Positions 9,607-19,194 of a DNA stretch of 64,000 nucleotides are shown here, piece after piece. Position 1 is the first letter of the stretch. The number at the start of each line of letters is the position of its first letter. The stretch lies in the sequence record ON212266.1, one strand, 5' to 3'. Both the position numbers and the translations under genes were made by a program. Source of the DNA: Enterobacter phage fGh-Ecl02. The notes under the pieces were generated by a model. It searched no databases, was not told the DNA's origin, and worked only from the letters and a program-made list of their open reading frames with translations.

Positions 9607-9960
9607 ATGGTTAACGCGAGTATTTTCATCAACCGTGGACTGCTTGCTATAGCCCACTCTCATGCCTTGCACTTCGTTACAACATCCTATTCCAAGCACA
9701 AGGCACTCGGGGAGTTCTACGGGGAATTGGAGGGCTTGCTGGACACGTTTACCGAAGCATACATCGGTGCGGGTGGTCAGTATGTTCCATCATTCGAGAA
9801 TATCAAATTGTACAACCCAGACCCTATCTCCTATATTAACAGTGTGGTGATAGACGTCGACGGCATCTACAGGCAGTGCGACTCCCACCTTCAGAGCACT
9901 CTTGACGATATCAAGACACTGTGCTATCAGACGATCTACAAACTGAAGCAGCTGTCGTAA
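9607..9960 (+). CDS. Hypothetical protein, possibly a ferritin/Dps-like helical bundle
   Basis: GAGGA RBS; weak Dps-like pattern HSHALHFVT...HKALGEFYGELE. Confidence 0.35.
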   Translation: MVNASIFINRGLLAIAHSHALHFVTTSYSKHKALGEFYGELEGLLDTFTEAYIGAGGQYVPSFENIKLYNPDPISYINSVVIDVDGIYRQCDSHLQSTLDDIKTLCYQTIYKLKQLS

Positions 9961-10016
9961 GTCAATACGAAATAAAGGCATATAATTTGCTCATTATTCA
10001 CCGAAAGGAAAGGACA

Positions 10017-10628
10017 ATGAGCAAAATCTTTATCCCGTCACACCGCGAAGGATGTGAAATCGCGGCCAACTACCTGCGCGGTCGGATGAACTGCGGCGCT
10101 GTCTTCATAGAGCCAAATTCGTTTGACAACAAAGAATCACCTGATGCCATCGGGTTCCGTTCCGGCGGTTGCTCTATCCTGATGGAAGTGAAGGTGTCTC
10201 GCTCTGATTTCCTTACCGACAAGAAGAAGCCTCATCGCATGGATCCGACGACGGGTATGGGCGCATACCGCTTTTATGTCTGTCCTCAGGATATGATCAG
10301 GGTTGAAGACCTACCACCAAAGTGGGGGTTGTTCTACTTCACACCCCGCAAGTCCCTGATGCCAGTTCATGTGCCAAACATGCGGTACTCTTTATTGTCA
10401 TCACCAGAGCATTATCAGAAGTACCTTGATGAACAGATCAAGAGAGGAAGAACCGTTACCCGGCATATGCGCAGCTACATGGAACTCCTCGACGGCTTCG
10501 CCCACTTTGAGCGCAACACGGCTGGGGAACAGAATATCCTGTATGGGGCTTGGCGTCAACTGTGTATAGCTCAAAGTCGTGGTGTAGACTATACTGTGAC
10601 CGAAGTGTTCCAGAGGCCGAAGATCTAA
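10017..10628 (+). CDS. PD-(D/E)xK-family nuclease-like protein
   Basis: Motif PDAIGF...ILMEVKVSRSDF (PD...EVK); AAAGGA RBS. Confidence 0.45.
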   Translation: MSKIFIPSHREGCEIAANYLRGRMNCGAVFIEPNSFDNKESPDAIGFRSGGCSILMEVKVSRSDFLTDKKKPHRMDPTTGMGAYRFYVCPQDMIRVEDLPPKWGLFYFTPRKSLMPVHVPNMRYSLLSSPEHYQKYLDEQIKRGRTVTRHMRSYMELLDGFAHFERNTAGEQNILYGAWRQLCIAQSRGVDYTVTEVFQRPKI

Positions 10629-11686
10629 TGAAATTTCTTGACGAGCAATTTATCAACAACGTGTCGCCCCGCCTTGACAAGTTCAAGTGGGAGCGCGTTG
10701 GTACTGTCGCAAACTTCCGTTGTCCCCTGTGTGGTGACTCCACGAAGTCTGCTAACAAGCGCCGTGGATACTTCTTCTATGATCGGGATCATGACTGCTT
10801 CCGGTTCAAGTGCCACAACTGCAACCAGATGAATGGCTGGTCATTTGAGTTCTGGCTGAAGAAGTTCGATGAGCGCCTCTCAACAGAGTACAACATGGAG
10901 AAGTTCCGCCTGCTGGGTGATACGTCGGGCAGACCACTTCCTTCCCTGAAGCCGTTGCCAAAGCTGACACAGACCGCCCGTATTGGCTCAGTGGCGGCAA
11001 AACGCGACGAGAGCCTCCTCGGCAATATGCTACGGCTTGATCTACTACCGCCTGACCATAAGGCTCGGCAGTACGTACAGTGGCGGGGGCTGCCGGAGAG
11101 CACTTGGTCCTTACTGTACTACACACAGCGCTTTCGTGAAGACCTGAAGCTGTTTGAAACAGACCCCGAAAAGCAACTGAAGATCCCTGATGACGAGCGC
11201 CTGGTAATTCCATTCTGGACACAAGACGGGCGGATGAAGGTCGTTCAGGGGCGTGCATTCGACAAGAACGCGACCCTGCGATACGCGACAGTCAAGCCCA
11301 AGGACGAGGACACCAAAGTCTATGGGGAAGACCGGGTGAACATTCACAAGACCAAGCTGGTGGTGGAAGGTCCGATTGATAGCCTCTTCCTGCCGAATTG
11401 TATGGCGTCAGCAGATGCCGACTTGTTGAGCGTGAAGGGCGACATCTATATCCCTGATAATCAGTACCGGAACCCGCAGGTCTGTGACGGTATTCAGAAG
11501 ATGATAGATAAAGGTGTCAAGGTCGTGCTGTTCCCACCGGACGTTCCGTGGAAGGATATCAACGACATGGTCATGCCATCAAAGGGCAACATGCCGATAC
11601 AAGACCTCCTGAAGCTGATCGCCAAGAACGTCTACCAGGGTATGGCCGCTTCATTGCAATTCGCTGAACTGAGGAAAGTGAAATGA
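10628..11686 (+). CDS. 61: DNA primase gp61
   Basis: N-terminal zinc ribbon CPLCGDS...KRRGYFFYDRDHDCFRFKCHNC followed by a Toprim-like region; 352 aa, similar in size to T4 gp61. Confidence 0.8.
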   Translation: MKFLDEQFINNVSPRLDKFKWERVGTVANFRCPLCGDSTKSANKRRGYFFYDRDHDCFRFKCHNCNQMNGWSFEFWLKKFDERLSTEYNMEKFRLLGDTSGRPLPSLKPLPKLTQTARIGSVAAKRDESLLGNMLRLDLLPPDHKARQYVQWRGLPESTWSLLYYTQRFREDLKLFETDPEKQLKIPDDERLVIPFWTQDGRMKVVQGRAFDKNATLRYATVKPKDEDTKVYGEDRVNIHKTKLVVEGPIDSLFLPNCMASADADLLSVKGDIYIPDNQYRNPQVCDGIQKMIDKGVKVVLFPPDVPWKDINDMVMPSKGNMPIQDLLKLIAKNVYQGMAASLQFAELRKVK

Positions 11687-11889
11687 CGTTAGAAGAACTG
11701 AACAAACTGGACGACGGGGAGATCGTGCGGGGGTACTTGAAATCTCGTGAGGGGTATGTCTTATCTGGGGAAGAGTCTCCGAGTTTCATCCACGGCTGGA
11801 AGAATGGTCAGGTGGACTTTCATGGGGAACCGATCAGTGCTGAACAGGCCGAATTGGCTCGCGAGTTTGTAAGATTTCGCCCGAGCTAA
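11683..11889 (+). CDS. Small hypothetical protein (gene 61.x position)
   Basis: ATGA overlap with the primase stop; 68 aa. Confidence 0.4.
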   Translation: MTLEELNKLDDGEIVRGYLKSREGYVLSGEESPSFIHGWKNGQVDFHGEPISAEQAELAREFVRFRPS

Positions 11890-11917
11890 AACTTTTTAAT
11901 TCACATCACCTCCCTCC

Positions 11918-11945
11918 AGGCCTCATCGAATGAGGCCTTTTAAAA
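11918..11945 (+). terminator. Rho-independent terminator AGGCCTCAT-CGA-ATGAGGCCT + TTTTAAAA
   Basis: Perfect 9 bp stem with U-rich tail. Confidence 0.7.
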
Positions 11946-11969
11946 TACTTCAAAAATATTTTAAAAAAT

Positions 11970-12012
11970 TATTGAAAAAGACTTTACTCTTCAATAATGA
12001 TGCACTATTATA
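11970..12012 (+). promoter_or_regulatory. Sigma70-like early promoter(s): TTGAAA-17-TAATGA and overlapping TTTACT-17-TATTAT
   Basis: AT-rich region with canonical hexamers and spacing, upstream of a highly codon-optimised gene. Confidence 0.5.
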
Positions 12013-12084
12013 GTTCACATAGGGCGGCAACACACCGCCGAATGAAAAGTGAAATGAACCAACTACATTATGAGGAATTATATC

Positions 12085-12573
12085 ATGGCTACCACCAAAA
12101 CTCTGATCACCAACGGCACCATCTCTTTCGAACTGAACACCGAAGTTGCTAAAGTTGAAATGTTCCGCATCGCTCAGGCAGCTGGCTTCACTGGTGGCAA
12201 AACTTCCTTCATGAACCTGCTGAACGGTAAAGTGAAAGCGACTAACGGCTTCACCCTGGTAGAGCAGGTTGTGGTTGATAAAGCTGTGGTTGCTAAGACT
12301 GCTGATAAAGTTGGTATGCTGAAAAACCTGGGTCACGACATCCACATTGTCGAAGCAAACACCGAAACTTACGGCACCATCGTAGTCGGTAAAGGTCGCA
12401 TCCAGCTGAACCCGCTGAACAACGGTTCCTTCTCTGTGATGGTCTTCCCTAAGAAGGGGTACGACAACACCGACATCGTGAAAGCTGTTGGCGGCGAAGC
12501 AAAAGCTCAGTACGTCAAAATGGGTAAACTGAGCGCCGACGCAGTTGAAGCTCTGGTGAGCAAACTGGCCTAA
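12085..12573 (+). CDS. Highly expressed small protein of unknown function (162 aa; could start at 12070)
   Basis: Own promoter and terminator, 5' UTR hairpin GGCGG-N7-CCGCC, extreme major-codon bias; a conserved AACTACATTATGAGGAATTATATCATG box spans both candidate ATGs. Confidence 0.65.
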   Translation: MATTKTLITNGTISFELNTEVAKVEMFRIAQAAGFTGGKTSFMNLLNGKVKATNGFTLVEQVVVDKAVVAKTADKVGMLKNLGHDIHIVEANTETYGTIVVGKGRIQLNPLNNGSFSVMVFPKKGYDNTDIVKAVGGEAKAQYVKMGKLSADAVEALVSKLA

Positions 12574-12587
12574 TCCAGACGTGTAAC

Positions 12588-12610
12588 ATAGGGGAGGCAA
12601 CTCCCCCTAT
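12588..12610 (+). terminator. Stem-loop ATAGGGGAG-GCAA-CTCCCCCTAT
   Basis: GC-rich 9 bp stem after the stop. Confidence 0.45.
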
Positions 12611-12757
12611 CAGGTCTTGGGAGGAGATCACAGTCATTCAATCCTCTTTAGGCGCTCTCTGGGTTGCTGACACATTCCGAACAAAGTTTTCCCTCAGTTT
12701 CTCGAGTAGTTCACTTTCACTTTAAATACCTCTGCATTCATTGTGGAGGTATTTCTT

Positions 12758-13552
12758 ATGGCCATTCTAAAACTTGGCAACCGTGGCACTGAAGTGAAGG
12801 CACTTCAGAATAGCCTCAACAAAATCGGCTTCACCCTCGTCGCTGATGGTATCTTTGGCAAGGCAACAGAGAACGCCGTCAAGACGGTTCAGGCGGGTGC
12901 GGGGCTTGTCATTGATGGTATCGTAGGTCCAAAGACCTCCTATGCTATTCGCAACGCCGGAGACGCCCATCAGGATCATCTAACTGAGTCAGACCTGATT
13001 GATGCTGCTAATGATCTGGGTGTTGACCTTGCCTCTGTCAAGGCGGTGAATCAGGTTGAGTCGCGCGGCACGGGCTTCACCAAGTCAGGTAAGATCAAGA
13101 CATTGTTTGAGCGCCACATCATGTATAAGAAGCTGATGGCAAAGTTCGGACAGGCTCGGGCGAATGCCATGGGGCATATGTACCCGACGTTGGTCAGCCC
13201 GACTGCAGGTGGGTACACGGGTGGTGACGCGGAGTTGGATCGACTTCATGCGGCCATCAACATCGATGAGGATTGTGCGTACGAGAGCGCCTCTTACGGT
13301 CTCTTCCAGATCATGGGATTCAACTGCCAGGTCTGTGGATACGCCAACGCCAAGGAGATGTTCAACGACTTCCTGACAGGAGAACGTGCTCATTTGATGG
13401 CATTCGTAAAGTTCATCAAGGCTGACGCCAAGCTCTGGCAGGCTCTGAAGGACAAGAACTGGTCTGAATTTGCACGGCGCTATAATGGTCCGGCGTATGC
13501 CAAGAACCAGTACGACAAGAAGCTCGCAGCAGCATACAAGAGTTTCAGTTAA
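12758..13552 (+). CDS. Endolysin: N-terminal peptidoglycan-binding domain plus C-terminal N-acetylmuramidase (DUF3380/PF11860-like)
   Basis: PG_binding_1-like LQNSLNKIGF...DGIFGKATENAVKTVQ; muramidase motifs QVESRGTGF, ERH, YGLFQIMG. Confidence 0.8.
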   Translation: MAILKLGNRGTEVKALQNSLNKIGFTLVADGIFGKATENAVKTVQAGAGLVIDGIVGPKTSYAIRNAGDAHQDHLTESDLIDAANDLGVDLASVKAVNQVESRGTGFTKSGKIKTLFERHIMYKKLMAKFGQARANAMGHMYPTLVSPTAGGYTGGDAELDRLHAAINIDEDCAYESASYGLFQIMGFNCQVCGYANAKEMFNDFLTGERAHLMAFVKFIKADAKLWQALKDKNWSEFARRYNGPAYAKNQYDKKLAAAYKSFS

Positions 13553-13654
13553 CTCAAAGGCCGGAAACGGCCTTTTCTTTATCCAATCCTCAGGTATGCT
13601 GGGGTTGTCACCTTAATTAGAGGTGATGACACCCTGAGATATAGGAAGGTTCCC

Positions 13655-14497
13655 ATGCAATCTGCCACCAAAGTTGTAAGTAAGAAGCCAGCGGGTAAGA
13701 CCAAGTCAGCACGTAAGAAGGAGACAATCCAGAAAGAAGATGACTGGATGAAGTTCTCTAAAGGTGACTTCAGAATCGCTCCGTTCAATGGCCTCTCAGA
13801 AAATCAGAACCTCGCATATCAATCTGCTCTTGTAGAAAACCTCACCATCGCAATCGGTCCGGCAGGCACGGGTAAATCGTACTGTGGTGCCTCAGCTGCC
13901 GCCAAGCTCCTGATCGATAAAGTGGTCAGTAAGATCGTCATCACGCGCTCTCCGCTGCCGACAGGCCAGACTGCAGGCTTCCGCCCTGGCGACACATACG
14001 AAAAGCTGATGCCATATCTGATGCCCCTGATTCAGACGCTGAAGAAGGTGCTGAAGACTGACACAGGTAGCGACGGTTTCTTCAACTATCTGTGGGAGAA
14101 GCGGATCATTGAGATCCAGGATCTGGAGACCATCAAGGGGATGACCTTTGACGACACCTTCCTGATCATTGAAGAAGCACAGGAATGTGATATGGAGCAG
14201 CTGAAGAACCTACTGACCCGCGCATCTGACTCGACTTACATCTTCGTCAACGGTGACATCAAACAGTCCAACAAGCGCCTGCGCGACAGCGCCCTTGAAA
14301 AGTACGTCAGTTCCTTCCGCGACTTCAACGCCAAGCTGGAGGCCGGAACCCTGAAGATCGATGGTGTTGGCGTCGGTGATGAGTACCCTGAATGGGTTCA
14401 GCCGTTCAGCATCATCGAGTTCGACAAGTCTGACCGCAACGGGCGCGGCGACTTCACCCGCCTGATGCTGGAAGTCAACGATCTGTACGACATTTAA
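13655..14497 (+). CDS. phoH: PhoH-like ATPase
   Basis: Walker A GPAGTGKS plus the PhoH signature around LIIEEAQE; 280 aa. Confidence 0.8.
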   Translation: MQSATKVVSKKPAGKTKSARKKETIQKEDDWMKFSKGDFRIAPFNGLSENQNLAYQSALVENLTIAIGPAGTGKSYCGASAAAKLLIDKVVSKIVITRSPLPTGQTAGFRPGDTYEKLMPYLMPLIQTLKKVLKTDTGSDGFFNYLWEKRIIEIQDLETIKGMTFDDTFLIIEEAQECDMEQLKNLLTRASDSTYIFVNGDIKQSNKRLRDSALEKYVSSFRDFNAKLEAGTLKIDGVGVGDEYPEWVQPFSIIEFDKSDRNGRGDFTRLMLEVNDLYDI

Positions 14498-14516
14498 GTA
14501 ACTCGCCAACCCTCCC

Positions 14517-14543
14517 CGCCGCCTTCAATCTACGAGGGCGGCG
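14517..14543 (+). terminator. Stem-loop CGCCGCC-N13-GGCGGCG followed by TATAATAAAA
   Basis: 7 bp GC stem; the downstream TATAAT may double as the nrd promoter -10. Confidence 0.4.
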
Positions 14544-14580
14544 TATAATAAAACCTGCGTAAACAAACCCGAGGAACACC

Positions 14581-16863
14581 ATGATTAACGTTATAAAACG
14601 TGACGGATCTTCTGTCCCATTTGATATTGAGAAACTACACGCAGTCGTAGACCGCGCCTGTGATGGCCTGTCTGGTGTGTCAATGTCAGAGGTGATCGCT
14701 GCATCGAAGATTCAGTTCACCGACAACATGAGAACAGATCGCATTCAGGATATCCTCATCCAGGCTGCGGCTTCACTGATCTCTGTAGACAAACCCAATT
14801 ACCAGTATGTGGCTGCTCGTCTGAAGTCGTATGATCTGCGCAAGGCTGTCTACGGTCAGTACAAGCCGCCTCACCTGCTGGACATCTTCGTCAAGAACAT
14901 CAAACAGCGCGTGTATGATCGTGAGTTCCTTGATCTCTACACGACCGAAGAGTTCAACGAGCTGAACGATGTCATCAATCACAAACGCGATAAGAACTTC
15001 ACGTGGGCGGCCATGGGTCAGCTGACTGAGAAGTACCTGTTGCGCGACCGTTCCAAGAAAGACAGCAAGATCTTCTACGAAACCCCTCAGGTCATGTACA
15101 TGGGCATCGCCATGGCGTTGTTCTCTAACTGGGACAAAGCCAGCCGCCTGGAGATGGTGAAAAAGTTCTATGAATATGCCAGCACAGGCAAGTTCAGTCT
15201 TCCCACCCCGATTATGGCAGGTGTTCGTACTCCTACCCGTCAGTTCAGTTCCTGTGTGTTAATCAAGACTGATGACACCCTGAACTCTATCAACGCAACA
15301 GCCAAGACCATCGTTGACTATGTGTCCAAACGTGCGGGTATCGGCTTCGATGTCGGGGCAATCCGTGGGATTGGTAGTCCTATTCGCGGCGGAGAGATGG
15401 TTCACACAGGCCTGATCCCGTTCATCAAGTATCTCACTGGGGCACTCAAATCGTGCTCTCAGGGCGGCATTCGTGGTGGTGCAGCAACAGCGTACATCCC
15501 TCTGTGGCATTACCAGTTCGATGACGTCGTTGTTCTGAAGAACAACCGTGGTACTGAAGAAAACCGCGAACGCCGTATCGACTATGGCATTCAGATCAAC
15601 CGCGTGATGTTTGAGCGCCTGGTTGCCAAGCAGCCTCTGTATCTGTTCGACCCGAAAGACAACCGCGAAATGTATGAAGCATACTTCGCTGACGTTGACA
15701 AGTTCCGTACTCTGTATGAGAACATGATCAAGGCCGCCGATGCCGGTTTGGTTCGTGCTAAGAAGTTACAGGCAGAAGAGGTGTTCCAGATGCTGTTAGA
15801 CCAGCGTTCAGACACAGGCCGCATCTACATCGCATTTGTCGATCACATGAATGAATACAGTCCATTCAACCTAGACACGATTTATTCTTCAAATCTTTGT
15901 TTAGAAATCGCCCTGCCGACCCGTGAGTTTGAGCAGTACAACGATGAAAACGGGCGCGTGGCTCTGTGCACCCTGGCTTCCTTCAACCTGACGGCGTTCG
16001 AAGATCCTACGGAAATGGAAGACGTGGCGTTCGTGTTGGTGTCTGCGCTGGACATGCTGTTGGAATATCAGGACTATCCAGCGATTCAGGCTCGCAAGGC
16101 TGTTGAAGACTATCGTCCTCTGGGTGTTGGTATCGTGAATGTGGCTCACTTCCTGGCCAAGAACTTCACGGGCTATGGCTCACCAGCTGGTCTTGAAATG
16201 CTGGATGCGTGGATGGCACACCTGCACTTCTATCTGGTCAAGGCATCCAACCGTCTGGCTATGAAGTTCGGGGCTTGCAAACGCGGAACCATCCACAATA
16301 ATGGGCAGGTCACCGCCGATCTTCAGCCGCTTCCACTTGATATCCTACCAAATGGTAAGAAGCCGGAAGGGATGGCATACGGGCTGGATTGGGATGGGTT
16401 GAAGGATAATCTGAAGACCTATGGTATCCGCAACGCTACTCTGCTGGCAGTAGCCCCTACCGAAAGCTCCTCACAGGTCCTCAACGCAACGAACGGCATT
16501 GAGCCACCGAAGGGCTTGGTGAGCATCAAGGGTAGCAAGGACGGCACTTATAAGCAGGTCGTCCCGGACGTTGAGACCCTTGGACCGATGTATGACCTCA
16601 AGTGGGACCTGGACTGTATTGAGTACCTGAAGACCGCTGCTGTAATCCAGCGCTGGGTTGACCAGTCCATCAGTACCAACACTTGGTATGACCCAGAGAA
16701 GTACCCTGACAGCAAGATCCCTCGCGCCAAGATGATGCAGGATATCCTGTCGTTCTATATGTGGGGTGGCAAGACTCTGTATTACAACACAAACAAGGAC
16801 GCCAAGGAAGACGAAGAGCTGAAGCAGGCTGAGGAAACTCAGTGCGATAGCTGTGTTGTATAA
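14581..16863 (+). CDS. nrdA: Ribonucleoside-diphosphate reductase alpha subunit NrdA (class Ia)
   Basis: N-terminal ATP cone (VIKRDGS..FD..KL), active-site NLCLEI, C-terminal CDSCVV redox pair; 760 aa. Confidence 0.9.
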   Translation: MINVIKRDGSSVPFDIEKLHAVVDRACDGLSGVSMSEVIAASKIQFTDNMRTDRIQDILIQAAASLISVDKPNYQYVAARLKSYDLRKAVYGQYKPPHLLDIFVKNIKQRVYDREFLDLYTTEEFNELNDVINHKRDKNFTWAAMGQLTEKYLLRDRSKKDSKIFYETPQVMYMGIAMALFSNWDKASRLEMVKKFYEYASTGKFSLPTPIMAGVRTPTRQFSSCVLIKTDDTLNSINATAKTIVDYVSKRAGIGFDVGAIRGIGSPIRGGEMVHTGLIPFIKYLTGALKSCSQGGIRGGAATAYIPLWHYQFDDVVVLKNNRGTEENRERRIDYGIQINRVMFERLVAKQPLYLFDPKDNREMYEAYFADVDKFRTLYENMIKAADAGLVRAKKLQAEEVFQMLLDQRSDTGRIYIAFVDHMNEYSPFNLDTIYSSNLCLEIALPTREFEQYNDENGRVALCTLASFNLTAFEDPTEMEDVAFVLVSALDMLLEYQDYPAIQARKAVEDYRPLGVGIVNVAHFLAKNFTGYGSPAGLEMLDAWMAHLHFYLVKASNRLAMKFGACKRGTIHNNGQVTADLQPLPLDILPNGKKPEGMAYGLDWDGLKDNLKTYGIRNATLLAVAPTESSSQVLNATNGIEPPKGLVSIKGSKDGTYKQVVPDVETLGPMYDLKWDLDCIEYLKTAAVIQRWVDQSISTNTWYDPEKYPDSKIPRAKMMQDILSFYMWGGKTLYYNTNKDAKEDEELKQAEETQCDSCVV

Positions 16864-16894
16864 ATTGGTCTAAACCTACTACCGTTATATCATC

Positions 16895-16916
16895 AGGGGT
16901 GAGAGATCACCCCTTA
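16895..16916 (+). terminator. Stem-loop GGGGTGA-GAGA-TCACCCC
   Basis: Intergenic hairpin between nrdA and nrdB, probably an attenuator or processing site. Confidence 0.4.
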
Positions 16917-16933
16917 TTAATCAGGAAAGAAAC

Positions 16934-18037
16934 ATGAGCGAACAGAAACAATTCTCCGTATTCGACCCAAGCTCGGACAACACTGGTCTACCGTTCTTCG
17001 GTGACCCAGTGAGCATTCAGCGTTACGATGTCGTGGCCTGGCCATTCGTACAGAAGTGGTATGAGAAAGGTCTCAGTCAGTTCTGGCGTCCTGAAGAGGT
17101 GGACATCACCAAGGACAAGGCAGACTTCTCTACTCTGAACGAAGCAGAGAAACACGTCTACTTCAGCAACCTGAAGCGCCAGACCATGCTGGACTCTATC
17201 CAGGGTGCGGCTCCGTTCGAGGCGTTTGGTCCATGGGCGTCTACCCCTGAAATGCAGTTTGCTGTCCTTGAATGGACGCGCCAGGAAGCCATTCACTCTT
17301 TATCGTACACCCACATTTTGCGCAACACTGTGAACGATCCAGGTATCGTGTTTGACCACGTACTGGATGTTGTGGAGATCGTGGACTGTGCTCACCAGAT
17401 CAGTGTGTACTACGATGACATGGTACAGTACAGTGGCATGCGTATGGCCGGACGCATCTTCACCCGAGAAGATCTGATGAATGCCAAACGCGCATTCTGG
17501 CGTGCTCTGTTTGCTGCCAACACACTAGAAGGCATCCGCTTCTACGTGTCCTTTGCATGCTCTTGGGCATTCACACAGTTCCAGAAGAAGATGGAAGGCA
17601 ATGCCAAAATCATTCGACAGATCGCCCGTGATGAGCAGGATCACCTGATCCTGACCCAGACGCTGCTAAACCGCCTGCCTGGTATGGACCCCGACTTTGC
17701 AATCATCCGTGAGGAACTGCGTGGTGAGATGACCCAGATGTTCCTGGACGTGGTTCATCAGGAGAAGGAGTGGGCGAACTACCTATTCAAAGACGGTTCC
17801 ATCCTGGGGCTGAACGCCAAGATCCTTCATCAGATGGTAGACTGGCTGGCAACCCACCGAATGGGCGCTATCGGGCATCCATATCCCGGTGAACCTCGCA
17901 AGGAGAACCCAGTCCCATGGATTAATGACTGGCTAGATAATAAGGCAATGCAGTACGCGTTGCAGGAAGCGGAAGCTCCTGATTATCTGATGGGTGTACT
18001 GACTGGTTCGGTATCCGATGGCCTCAAATTCGCTTAA
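16934..18037 (+). CDS. nrdB: Ribonucleoside-diphosphate reductase beta subunit NrdB
   Basis: Di-iron ferritin-like R2 fold motifs (EAIHS..Y, E..H); 367 aa. Confidence 0.85.
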   Translation: MSEQKQFSVFDPSSDNTGLPFFGDPVSIQRYDVVAWPFVQKWYEKGLSQFWRPEEVDITKDKADFSTLNEAEKHVYFSNLKRQTMLDSIQGAAPFEAFGPWASTPEMQFAVLEWTRQEAIHSLSYTHILRNTVNDPGIVFDHVLDVVEIVDCAHQISVYYDDMVQYSGMRMAGRIFTREDLMNAKRAFWRALFAANTLEGIRFYVSFACSWAFTQFQKKMEGNAKIIRQIARDEQDHLILTQTLLNRLPGMDPDFAIIREELRGEMTQMFLDVVHQEKEWANYLFKDGSILGLNAKILHQMVDWLATHRMGAIGHPYPGEPRKENPVPWINDWLDNKAMQYALQEAEAPDYLMGVLTGSVSDGLKFA

Positions 18038-18046
18038 AGGTGAGAA

Positions 18047-18271
18047 ATGATTACGATCTATTCCAAACAAGGTTGCGCTCAGTGTGTAACAGCCGAAAAT
18101 CTGTGCAAAATGAAAGGGCTGGAACACAAGATCCTCAAGCTGGACAAAGATTACCGGCTGGAAGAACTTCAGCAGTTGACGGGTAAGCCGCGCGTGTCGA
18201 TGCCTGTAATCGTCCTCGCTGACCAGACCGTGACCGACGTTAATGGACTCGCCGCCAGCCTTAAACGCTGA
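18047..18271 (+). CDS. Glutaredoxin-like NrdH/NrdC redoxin
   Basis: CAQC active site near the N-terminus, 74 aa, directly downstream of nrdB. Confidence 0.65.
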   Translation: MITIYSKQGCAQCVTAENLCKMKGLEHKILKLDKDYRLEELQQLTGKPRVSMPVIVLADQTVTDVNGLAASLKR

Positions 18272-18278
18272 CAAGCCA

Positions 18279-18303
18279 AAGCCCCTCAATGAGGGGCTTT
18301 ACT
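18279..18303 (+). terminator. Rho-independent terminator AAGCCCCTCA-AT-GAGGGGCTT + T
   Basis: 10 bp stem after the nrd operon. Confidence 0.65.
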
Positions 18304-18376
18304 TCTATAATCCCTGCGCTTATACTTCCCAGTAATTCATTGGCATTCGCCACAAATTGAAAGCGGGAACTATATC

Positions 18377-18838
18377 ATGACAAACAAAGTACTCACCAAC
18401 CCACTGCACAACTTCGGTTACATTCAACTCCCTCTGGTGATCGACACCCTGTACGCCGACGACAAAGAAGAGATCTGCTGGTCACCCACCGCACTGATTG
18501 AACGCGAAATCTTCAAGTCTGTTGTTGATGTCATGTTCCGTATCGGTCGCAATGGACCTCTGGTCTACCTCGGCAAGGTGACTGAGTTGAAGACAAGCCA
18601 CAACGAACGCTTCCTTCGTATCGATACAACGGGGTGTTCTCATCAGGACTTCAACACATTGCGCAATTATGTTCTGGTCAACCGCCCGGTCAGTCAACAC
18701 CGCCCGTATCTGACTTCAATGCACATCGACAATTTCATCACCGACGTGCACCTCCGCGCCGAAACCCTCCATGAAGAGGAAACAGGCCGAGCTATCGACA
18801 CAGTCTTAAATATGGTTGTGATCACCCTGGCGGAGTAG
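18377..18838 (+). CDS. Hypothetical protein (153 aa)
   Basis: Start embedded in the conserved 17-mer GGAACTATATCATGACA, shared with the gene at 5734. Confidence 0.5.
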   Translation: MTNKVLTNPLHNFGYIQLPLVIDTLYADDKEEICWSPTALIEREIFKSVVDVMFRIGRNGPLVYLGKVTELKTSHNERFLRIDTTGCSHQDFNTLRNYVLVNRPVSQHRPYLTSMHIDNFITDVHLRAETLHEEETGRAIDTVLNMVVITLAE

Positions 18839-18843
18839 TCCTC

Positions 18844-19194
18844 ATGCAAGATTACAAAGAGTTGAGAATGCAGCTGGCAGTCCCCATACCAGACAAAGGT
18901 TTATACCAGAACCTGCATCATCTGATGTCTGAAGGGCATATGCTGCCCTTGCGGTCTGAGGATGGATCTCAGATCGGTTATGCCACCAGTTGCGTGGTCT
19001 ACGACAAACCAGGAGACGAAGAGCGCGGAAAGGTCAGTGTGGGTTCCAGATTTGTGTTGAACAAGAAGCTGGAGGGATCAGTGGTTGACGTCAGGCCGAT
19101 GATTATCCTCTACCAATTCAACGGCAAAGAAATGTTCAGGTTATTGAGCCACTTCATGTTAGTCGTGGCTCCGGCATTCAGGACGAAATTCTAA
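18844..19194 (+). CDS. Hypothetical protein (116 aa)
   Basis: GGAG RBS; tail-to-tail with gp25. Confidence 0.45.
   Translation: MQDYKELRMQLAVPIPDKGLYQNLHHLMSEGHMLPLRSEDGSQIGYATSCVVYDKPGDEERGKVSVGSRFVLNKKLEGSVVDVRPMIILYQFNGKEMFRLLSHFMLVVAPAFRTKF

Noticed and set aside
11683-11889. Assigning the small ORF after primase as gp61.1 with a function
   Set aside because: The position is similar only. No sequence features were recognised, so it is left as hypothetical.
14581-18037. Group I intron or homing endonuclease inside nrdA/nrdB, as in T4 nrdB/nrdD/td
   Set aside because: Both ORFs are continuous and of normal length (760 and 367 aa). No inserted HNH or GIY-YIG ORF is present.
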